From Promethearchaeota archaeon (lineage in GTDB: Archaea; Asgardarchaeota; Lokiarchaeia; Sigyniarchaeales; SOKP01), in contig JBHLOC010000059.1 in NCBI GenBank assembly GCA_048940925.1, positions 1 to 24,880 on the forward strand: a DNA stretch of 24,880 nucleotides. The letters are read 5' to 3'. This document shows positions 17,666 to 24,880 of the stretch, one piece after another. Position 1 is the first letter of the stretch; each line of letters begins with the position of its first letter. The notes under the pieces were generated by a model. It was not told the DNA's origin. It was given only the letters and a program-made list of their open reading frames with translations, and ran no database searches. Both the position numbers and the translations under genes were made by a program.

Positions 17666-18013
17666 TTAGAAAGTAATTATTGTATATCCTTGTTCAATAT
17701 ATTTCGCTATGCTCGGGTGTCCCATCAATTCAGCACATGTAGAAAACCCTAATTTTTCTACTTCTCCTAAAGAACCCATCTTACTACTACATGCTTTACA
17801 AAAACAATCTACCAATCCAGAGTTTTTTAATTCTTGATATTTATTATAAAACGGATTATTTTTAGATTCAAATTGATTTGCTAACTTGGTTGCAGAACCT
17901 TCAACAATAACTTTTACATCATGCCCTTTTTCACTCATATCTAAAGCATTTAAAATTACATGAATAAAACACATGGGGTCTCCATTGAAAGCAAATAAAG
18001 CAAATTTTCCTAT
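17666..18013 (-). CDS. DsrE/DsrF-like protein; probable ATA start upstream of the track's ATG at 17974
   Basis: The in-frame upstream codons give GKFALFAFNGDPMCFIHVILNALDM...VKVIVEGSAT...FCKACS...GYTIITF. GGTGA at 18024-18020 contains an in-frame TGA, with ATA at 18016 and 18013. Confidence 0.8.
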   Translation of the reverse strand: MGKFALFAFNGDPMCFIHVILNALDMSEKGHDVKVIVEGSATKLANQFESKNNPFYNKYQELKNSGLVDCFCKACSSKMGSLGEVEKLGFSTCAELMGHPSIAKYIEQGYTIITF

Positions 18014-18084
18014 TATTAATCACCATTCCATTGATTGATTTTTCATATGTAGAATATATTTATAATGAATTGATTTGTATTATT

Positions 18085-18885
18085 TCACTTAATATTTAAC
18101 CTTTTTTTACATAGTTCAATAGCTTTTGAGTTATTATCAATGCCTATCCAATTCCTATTCATTCTGTTAGCTACGATTAAAGTAGTTCCTGATCCACAAA
18201 AAAAATCAGCTACAAGGTCACCTTGGTTTGAAGATGCTAAAATAATACGCTCAAGTAATTTTTCAGGTTTCTGGGTAGGATAACCTAGATATTCTTTTGA
18301 TCTAGTCGTTGTTTGGTATGAATAGATATCATCCCAAACATCTCCTATTGTATTTCCTGGTTTTTCATCTAAATATTGTTTTCCTCCTCGTCTTTTTCTG
18401 TAGACTCGACCATCTTCATCTTTATATCGGAACATTTTTCTTATATATTCTTCCTTATATGGAAGAAATTGTTTATTGAAAGTAAAAATATCTGATTTAG
18501 TATAGTATAAGATTGTATCATGTTGACGAACCCATCCTTTCACTTGACTCTTAAAACCTGAAACACTCCCTACATTCCAGATAATCTCTCTTCTGAAAAA
18601 TCTTCTTCCAAAAATGCTATCACATAAAGGTTTCAAATCAAAAACAGCATTCGCATCACAATGACAATAAAAACTCCCAGAATCTTTAAGAACGCGATGC
18701 ATTTCTTTAATCCTTGGTTTCATGAAATTCAAATAGTCGTCCAAAGATCTCCAAATATCAGAAAATTCCGTATAATCAACCCCACTATAAAAGGGAGGAT
18801 CTATATAAATTAAATCAATTAAACCTGAATTAAGTTGGCTTAAAAAATCTAAATTATCTGATAAATACACAGAGTTTAGTTTCAT
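18085..18885 (-). CDS. Site-specific DNA methyltransferase (N6-A/N4-C, beta class)
   Basis: Motif IV 'LIYIDPPFY', then 'YPTQKPEKLLERII', then motif I 'VADFFCGSGTT' (IV before I, the beta order). Confidence 0.92.
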   Translation of the reverse strand: MKLNSVYLSDNLDFLSQLNSGLIDLIYIDPPFYSGVDYTEFSDIWRSLDDYLNFMKPRIKEMHRVLKDSGSFYCHCDANAVFDLKPLCDSIFGRRFFRREIIWNVGSVSGFKSQVKGWVRQHDTILYYTKSDIFTFNKQFLPYKEEYIRKMFRYKDEDGRVYRKRRGGKQYLDEKPGNTIGDVWDDIYSYQTTTRSKEYLGYPTQKPEKLLERIILASSNQGDLVADFFCGSGTTLIVANRMNRNWIGIDNNSKAIELCKKRLNIK

Positions 18886-18921
18886 ATGAAAATTAATTAG
18901 AAATTCAAAATACTTAATATT

Positions 18922-19302
18922 ATGAAAAATAAACGATTAAATAATAATTTCTTGTACGAATTTAGAAATTATGCTTTCTCTAAAATTAGAGAAAGTAAAG
19001 TGTATCTTGTAGGTTCAGCGCGATTTCAAGATTATTTTATTAAGATTGAATCAATATTGCAGATTAAATACAAGAAATTAGTTTCAATATGTTCTATTGA
19101 TGGGTTATTAAACAAAAAAGAATTTTCGACAGAAGAATGGGAAATCCTACAGGAAATTGCTTTAAGAAAATTAGAATATCAGGAAGCTATCCTAATAATA
19201 GATGTAAACGATTATATTGGGCATCATTCAAGAGAAGAAATTGAATTTTTTACTTGCAAACTAAAACGTCCTGTCTATTATTTATCTAAATTAAAGGTTT
19301 AA
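18922..19302 (+). CDS. Nucleoside 2-deoxyribosyltransferase (NDT)-like fold protein
   Basis: 'KVYLVGSARF...RKLEYQEAILIIDVNDYIGHHSREEIEF' resembles the NDT-like pattern (GSxxF...KIxxxDxIxVxNxxGYIGxSTxxEIxxA). Confidence 0.55.
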   Translation: MKNKRLNNNFLYEFRNYAFSKIRESKVYLVGSARFQDYFIKIESILQIKYKKLVSICSIDGLLNKKEFSTEEWEILQEIALRKLEYQEAILIIDVNDYIGHHSREEIEFFTCKLKRPVYYLSKLKV

Positions 19303-19502
19303 ATAAATTTAGTTAGACTAATTTTATCTTCAGTAGATTTATGTCGGTTATTTAAAAGAGTTATTTTAAAAACTTCCCTATTATATTCAAATAAATTATT
19401 AAATCAATTAGGTCAATAAATTTTAAACTAAAAATTGATTTTAGATTGTAAAAAAAATTGAATTGAACGAAGTAAGCTAAAAAATTAAGGGTTTAAATTT
19501 AT

Positions 19503-20468
19503 ATGGAATTGTTCCAAATATTTTGGGACGATCAAAAAAACTTATTCTTAGAGTTTAAAAAAAATGAGGATGAAAAAAAATTTCTTCTTCCGAACAAAAT
19601 AAGAACAATAAATTTACAATTTGAAATTTCAAAAAATGAATGGCAAAAATCACCACCTTATCTAATTTCGATACATAGATTATATTACACGACAGATACT
19701 TTTTCATTTAAAATAGAATTAGATGAATTAGTTAATATGGACGAACTCCAGATTAAAATTTTGCATATGGTGATTATACTTGTCTCTGGTCAGCGAATCC
19801 AGTATGCTTTTACTCGGAGTTTTAGTATGGTTGATATTTCCATCAATGATGAATGCTATGATGGGTATAAGTATGAAGATTTGAAGTTAAAATCTAATAT
19901 AAAAAATAAGATAACTAAAGAAAAAATTTTTCATGAAATTAAAACTAATTTAGATGGTAACGAAGAGCAAAGAACCGAAATCTATGAAAAACATAAGATA
20001 GAGAAAGTTATTAAAGATGATTCCCTAATCTCTATGATCCATGAAAATAATAAAACATTGAAAAGTATTGCTCAAGAATTAAAAAATATTTCTTTATCTT
20101 TACAAAATTTGCCTAATAATGTTGTTTCTTATAATCCTTCAGTTCCGGTTATGAGGAATCAAAAAGAAGGGATTGAAAGGATCAAAATACCTATGAAACC
20201 AACATTAATTCAGGGACAATTATCTTCAGCGAAATTAATGGTGATTAAGGAAATGAAATCTATATTTGAACAAAATGTCGATGATAAATCGAATTTTAAT
20301 GTAAAAGCTATATTAAAACCTTTGACTGAAGAAGAATTAAAAAACATGATGCTTGACGACGAAATTTTGAAAAAGAAGGAAGAAATAGCTATAAACAACC
20401 AGATTAAGAGAATTGAAAAACAAAAAGAAAAACAGATACATTTAAAAGATTTGAAAAAACCGAAATAA
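19503..20468 (+). CDS. Hypothetical protein with C-terminal coiled-coil segments
   Basis: 321-aa ATG ORF; no motif recognised with confidence. Confidence 0.7.
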   Translation: MELFQIFWDDQKNLFLEFKKNEDEKKFLLPNKIRTINLQFEISKNEWQKSPPYLISIHRLYYTTDTFSFKIELDELVNMDELQIKILHMVIILVSGQRIQYAFTRSFSMVDISINDECYDGYKYEDLKLKSNIKNKITKEKIFHEIKTNLDGNEEQRTEIYEKHKIEKVIKDDSLISMIHENNKTLKSIAQELKNISLSLQNLPNNVVSYNPSVPVMRNQKEGIERIKIPMKPTLIQGQLSSAKLMVIKEMKSIFEQNVDDKSNFNVKAILKPLTEEELKNMMLDDEILKKKEEIAINNQIKRIEKQKEKQIHLKDLKKPK

Positions 20469-20609
20469 AATATAATCTTCATTGCTTCAAATAATGCTAT
20501 CAATTTAAAACGAATAATTATTATAACTATGAGTTTATTAACAAATCTTAATTATTTTCAAAAATTTTGATAAGACAGAGGAACATAATTTTAAAGAGGT
20601 TTAAGAAAA

Positions 20610-21386
20610 ATTTTACTTAATTATTTTATCGGAACAGCTGGAAGTGGAAAAAGTACATTAACAGGAGAACTAAAAGAATATATCGTCAATAGGGATCCAG
20701 AAATCTCTGCTATTACCTTGAATTTAGATCCTGGAGTTAGAATAATATCGTATGCACCTGACATTGATATTAGAGATTACATTATTCTTGAGGAAGTTAT
20801 GGAAGAATATGGTTTAGGTCCTAATGGTGCCATGATTTTAGCCTCTGATCTAATGGTTAATTTCTTGGATGATTTGAAAGATGAAATTGATGAAATTAAT
20901 CCTGATTGGGTATTAGTTGATACAGCTGGACAGCTTGAACTTTTTGCCTTTCGTGAAACCGGGCCTTTAATAGCAAGTGCATTAGGTTTTGGTGATATTC
21001 AGAGATCTGTATCTTTTCTCTTTGATTCAAATTTCGTATTACGACCAAACGGATTTATATCAACTTTACTCTTAGCTGCTTCTGTACAATTTCGGTTTAG
21101 AAATATATCTCAAATAAATGTATTATCTAAAGTTGATCTTATCGATGAAGATCAAATTGAAATGATTATTAATTGGAGCCAAGATTTCCGTGCCTTAGAA
21201 GATTCCACTAATGAAAGAGAAAAAGGATTAATAAGAGAATTATCTATGTTGATCTCTGAAGTATTTGTTCAAATGGGTTCAACAAGTGAATTAGTTCCTT
21301 GCTCAATCAAGGAAGAAAAAGGTTTGGATCTCCTATTTGGTCATTTACAGAGAGTTTTCGATTCCGATAAATCAAGATTTTACTAA
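20610..21386 (+). CDS. GPN-loop GTPase (archaeal homologue of GPN1-3/Npa3); probable ATT start at 20610
   Basis: Walker A GTAGSGKST at 20631-20657 is in frame but upstream of the track's TTG at 20718. Other motifs: NLDPG, YGLGPNGAM (GPN loop), VDTAGQLELF, LSKVD. GAGGT at 20596-20600, in-frame TAA at 20592-94. Confidence 0.9.
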   Translation: MLLNYFIGTAGSGKSTLTGELKEYIVNRDPEISAITLNLDPGVRIISYAPDIDIRDYIILEEVMEEYGLGPNGAMILASDLMVNFLDDLKDEIDEINPDWVLVDTAGQLELFAFRETGPLIASALGFGDIQRSVSFLFDSNFVLRPNGFISTLLLAASVQFRFRNISQINVLSKVDLIDEDQIEMIINWSQDFRALEDSTNEREKGLIRELSMLISEVFVQMGSTSELVPCSIKEEKGLDLLFGHLQRVFDSDKSRFY

Positions 21387-21436
21387 TTTTCTTTAATTTT
21401 AGAATAAATTTTAACAAATTATTTTTTTAAAACACA

Positions 21437-22534
21437 ATGAAAATAATAGGACCAATCGCAGGAATTGGAAGTAGATTACGCCCATTTACTTTTAGTAAAC
21501 CAAAAGCATTTATCCGAGTTGCAGGTAAGACTGTTTTAGATCATATATTAGATAAATTTACCAATACATTTGATTTAGATACTGAATTAATTCTAATAGT
21601 TGGATATAAAAAAAGACAAATTATGGAATATATTAAAAAGAATTATAGCGATAAGTTTAAGCTTTGTTTCATTGAACAAAATCCACGCTTTTATAAGGAG
21701 GATATTCCATATTATTGGGGTCTTGGCGAAGCAATATATTTAGCACACAGTAGATTTGAAAAACAGGATTTTAAATCTAATGATGATAACAAAAGAGCGG
21801 GATCTCTAATTTTTCTAAGTGACATGATATCAATTGATGAATATTCATACTTAATGTATAGATATTATGAATCCGATGTTGATGGGATAATAACTGTTAT
21901 GGATGTCCCCAAGGATAAAGCTAGCTCTTATGGAGTCGTTGTAGTTGATAAGGATAATATTATAACAAAATTAGTTGAAAAACCAAAAAAATATATTTCA
22001 AATCTTGCCATAGCAGGGATTTATGCCTTCTCTAATACCACTACCCTTGCTCTTTTCAAACACCTTAAAAAATATTTAGATCAAAGAGATGAAGATTCTG
22101 GTGAAATTTATATGACAGAGAGTTTACAAGATTTAGTAGATGATGGATTTAAAATAGCTGCTGTTAGTCATAAGAAAGGAATCCTTGATTTTGGGAGACC
22201 CTCTGAACTACTAAATGGAAATCGATATCTTTTGGAAACTCATTTTGTTAAAAGAGAAGAGTATCAAAAGTTAAATATATATGTTGAGAGATCTTATATA
22301 AAAAATCCTGTTCATATTGGAAAAAACACAAAAATCATTAATTCCATCATAGGACCGTATGTTTCCATAGCAAATAATTCATACATATCAAATTCTATAT
22401 TAGAAAATTGTGTTATCGAAAAGAGAGTTATTTTAGAAAATATCATTAGTGAAGGATCAATAATTGGAAGTGATGTAAGAATCGAGAATATTAGTAAAGA
22501 TAATTTAATCATTGGAGATAAGAGCATCACCTAA
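21437..22534 (+). CDS. Sugar-phosphate nucleotidyltransferase (long-form glucose-1-phosphate thymidylyltransferase-like, with left-handed beta-helix tail)
   Basis: 'IAGIGSRLRPFTFSKPKAFIRVAGK', 'LVEKPK' and C-terminal hexapeptide repeats ('NSIIGPYVSI'). Confidence 0.88.
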   Translation: MKIIGPIAGIGSRLRPFTFSKPKAFIRVAGKTVLDHILDKFTNTFDLDTELILIVGYKKRQIMEYIKKNYSDKFKLCFIEQNPRFYKEDIPYYWGLGEAIYLAHSRFEKQDFKSNDDNKRAGSLIFLSDMISIDEYSYLMYRYYESDVDGIITVMDVPKDKASSYGVVVVDKDNIITKLVEKPKKYISNLAIAGIYAFSNTTTLALFKHLKKYLDQRDEDSGEIYMTESLQDLVDDGFKIAAVSHKKGILDFGRPSELLNGNRYLLETHFVKREEYQKLNIYVERSYIKNPVHIGKNTKIINSIIGPYVSIANNSYISNSILENCVIEKRVILENIISEGSIIGSDVRIENISKDNLIIGDKSIT

Positions 22535-22730
22535 AAAAGCTCTACCTAATAAAAACAACATCTAATAACCTCTCATCTCATCATATCGTCATAAAATTAT
22601 AAGTTTGCGAAATGTAATTTCTAAATATTATTATTAAATATTAAAATATAGAAAGATTAAAATACTAATTAATAATAACAAGATTTTGACTATATAAAAA
22701 ATATAAATATTACATGGAATAAGATTAAAC

Positions 22731-24113
22731 ATGTCATATCATATTGCATTCGATATTGCTCATAAACCAAGAGGTCAAATTGATGAAAACCTTACTGAGT
22801 TAAGAGATCATTTAAATTCGAATGGTTTTACATGCTATAATTTTTTAGAAGTTCCAATTACAGAAGAATCTTTGATGGCATATGATATCTTAGTTTTTGT
22901 TTGCCCTGATTTTGCAAAAATAGAACCCTTGGAAATTACTGAAATTGTAAACTGGGTCACGAATTCTGGAGGTGGTTTGTTATTATTATCACATGCTGGT
23001 GGAGACAGGGGGAGGGGAAGCAATTTATCTGAAATTTCTGAGCAATTTGGGATAACATTTGAAAGTGATCAAGTTCTTGATGAAACTACTAATTTAGGAA
23101 TAGAAAACATTCCATTAATTTCTACTTTTAACATACCACATCCAATAACCACTGATATAGGTACTATATGCTATAGATCAGGGTGTTCACTTACTATTGT
23201 GGGTAGTGGTGCATTAGCAATTGCATCATCTAATGAAACTTCAGAACCCTTTTCTTGTCCCTTGATATGTGTCTCAGAACTAGGAAATGGTAGAGTATGT
23301 TGTATTGGAAGTTATGAAATGTTTAGAGATAATATTGGTGGAGGGTTTCAATGCAATGATCATCCAAATTTAGCTTTAAATACCTTTAAATGGCTTTTGT
23401 CTGATTATCGTATAGAATTAAGGTCAACAATTGATATTCCAACCCCCATTTCTCAAAGATCTGAGATAGCAACCTCAGATATTAAAGAACCTGCCTATCC
23501 AAGTGCTTCTGCTGCTAGTGAACAAAGAAAAATAGATATTGGCTTTTCAATGAAAATTAATAAAAAAAGCGAGTTGATGGAATTATTAAAAATTTTTCAA
23601 TCTCAACTTAGTACAATTAAAACTACTATAGATAGACTAATTGAAACTGTTTCTATCTCTCAAGATGATATAATTGAAACTAATACTATGGAGATCACTC
23701 CTGTGCAGGAAGAAGAAGAACAAAAGGAAGAAATGACTTTAGAATCGTCTCAAACTCCAGAAAAAGTTGATACTAAAAGTATTCTAGAAGAACTGGCAAA
23801 TATTGACTCTAAATTAACAGAGTTACCTCCAAAACCAGAAAGTATGAAAATGGAAGACACAAATGAATTAGGAATGAAACCTGTTCCTAAACTTAAAACA
23901 AAAGATAAAAGTAAAAATGAATTAAAAGATGAAAAGAAAGGTTTGGAGACTAAATTAACCTCTGTTAAAGATCTATTAAATTTTATTGATAAAAAGCACT
24001 CCTCAGGGGCAATAAATGATGATGAATATGCTAAACGCTCTAAAAAATTACAAAAAGATTTGAAAAAAACTAAAAAAAGAATAGATATTCTGGATAAATT
24101 ATTAGAAAAATAA
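22731..24113 (+). CDS. GIFT/DUF4350-type (class I glutamine amidotransferase-like fold) domain protein, IFT52-like, with acidic linker and C-terminal coiled coil
   Basis: 'IAFDIAHK', 'ITEESLMAYDILVFVCP', 'GGGLLLLSHAGGD', 'NLSEISEQFGITFESD', 'GNGRVCCIGSYEMFRD' and 'LALNTFKWL'. No signal peptide or TM helix seen. Confidence 0.7.
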   Translation: MSYHIAFDIAHKPRGQIDENLTELRDHLNSNGFTCYNFLEVPITEESLMAYDILVFVCPDFAKIEPLEITEIVNWVTNSGGGLLLLSHAGGDRGRGSNLSEISEQFGITFESDQVLDETTNLGIENIPLISTFNIPHPITTDIGTICYRSGCSLTIVGSGALAIASSNETSEPFSCPLICVSELGNGRVCCIGSYEMFRDNIGGGFQCNDHPNLALNTFKWLLSDYRIELRSTIDIPTPISQRSEIATSDIKEPAYPSASAASEQRKIDIGFSMKINKKSELMELLKIFQSQLSTIKTTIDRLIETVSISQDDIIETNTMEITPVQEEEEQKEEMTLESSQTPEKVDTKSILEELANIDSKLTELPPKPESMKMEDTNELGMKPVPKLKTKDKSKNELKDEKKGLETKLTSVKDLLNFIDKKHSSGAINDDEYAKRSKKLQKDLKKTKKRIDILDKLLEK

Positions 24114-24141
24114 TTATTAAATAAGTCATTAGAGTAATTTC

Positions 24142-24602
24142 TTAATTTTTTGGTTTAAATTCATCTGGAACATACGGTTGAGCGTAGTGATTTACAATTT
24201 CAAAGAAATCCTTATCACTTACACCTTAAGTAATTTTTTTTAATTCTTCTTTAATAATATTAAAAGAAGCTCTTAATTCTTCTTTAGATGTAGATTCATG
24301 TTTTCTTTTTACTTCATTTATCTTTTGAGATTTTCATTCACAATCGACTTTACAATCTTCTTTTCTGAATCGGTGATCACTGGAAAACCTACTGCTATTA
24401 ATTTTACACCAATTTCATCCATCAATTTGGCTAAATGAATTTTTTCATCAAGTGTCAAATAAACAGTTGGACTCTATTCGCCATCTTTAAGAGTTTCATC
24501 CCAAATGTCAACTTTACTGTGCAAATCGTACTCTTCCAATACAATTTCATTGTAATTAATTAATAATTCTCTAAGTTCTTCCTTTGTAAATTTATATGAT
24601 AT
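24142..24602 (-). pseudogene. Pseudogene of a DRE-TIM metallolyase (homocitrate/isopropylmalate/citramalate synthase family)
   Basis: The minus strand reads ...VDIWDETLKDGE*SPTVYLTLDEKIHLAKLMDEIGVKLIAVGFP (canonical DTTLRDGEQ...GFP). There is a TAG at 24474-76, then a frameshift and a further stop, and the length is far too short for a TIM barrel. Confidence 0.8.
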
Positions 24603-24880
24603 AGTTTGCCCTTTTATACTATTGATGATAATAAAAAAAATGGAAGGCAAATAAATTTCATTTTTGAAAATAATAAAGCTGTCTGCGAATAATTAAGGGA
24701 AATTTAATAATTTAATAAATATCTTGAAACTAAAAGTATATACTCTTTATAAAGCTAAAATGAAATAAGAGTGAGGTAAAATTATTATAAAATTTGAATA
24801 TTCTTACTTTATTACATCTGTTATGAAGCAGGTCTCCACAATCTTTACTCCTTTAATCTGAGAAATTTTTTCTTCGATAA

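Noticed and set aside
20220-20468. WH2-like actin-binding motifs (helix followed by ILKP / LKKP) in the 321-aa hypothetical protein
   Set aside because: The match is too degenerate in a Lys/Leu-rich protein to support without a profile search.
2238-23023. Other short ORFs overlapping longer genes (2238, 3009, 3260, 4307, 6965, 8914, 11716, 13161, 15548, 15803, 16727, 20210, 22312, 22835)
   Set aside because: They are antisense or alternative-frame shadows of better-supported genes, with no motifs.
24474-24476. In-frame TAG as pyrrolysine or stop-codon reassignment
   Set aside because: It co-occurs with a frameshift, another stop and a large deletion. TAG also serves as a normal stop elsewhere (5224-26, 17523-25).

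Overview
AT-rich archaeal chromosomal segment, most likely from an Asgard archaeon of the Lokiarchaeia. This is inferred from the archaeal S30e, the GPN-loop GTPase, GGTGA/GAGGT ribosome-binding sites, a BHB-type intron-containing tRNA and eukaryote-like SECIS elements. Main points: (1) two near-tandem selenophosphate synthetase (selD) paralogues, each with an in-frame UGA (Sec) in a G-U-x-C-K motif that the ORF track truncates. Each is followed by a 3'-UTR AUGA...GA SECIS inside a shared larger fold (basal helix plus an extra hairpin). (2) A tRNA-Trp(CCA) gene split by three ~30-nt introns. (3) At least three genes whose conserved N-termini can apparently only be reached from ATT/ATA start codons. 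(4) Candidate eukaryotic-signature proteins: a HEAT-solenoid/PCI-like/Ig-appendage adaptin-like protein, an IFT52-like GIFT protein, and a MIT plus Zn-ribbon protein. (5) A GNAT gene bracketed by 30-bp direct repeats next to the tRNA, a divergent orphan DNA methyltransferase / NDT-like pair, and a decayed DRE-TIM synthase pseudogene. All family calls are from motif recognition by eye; no database searches were run.
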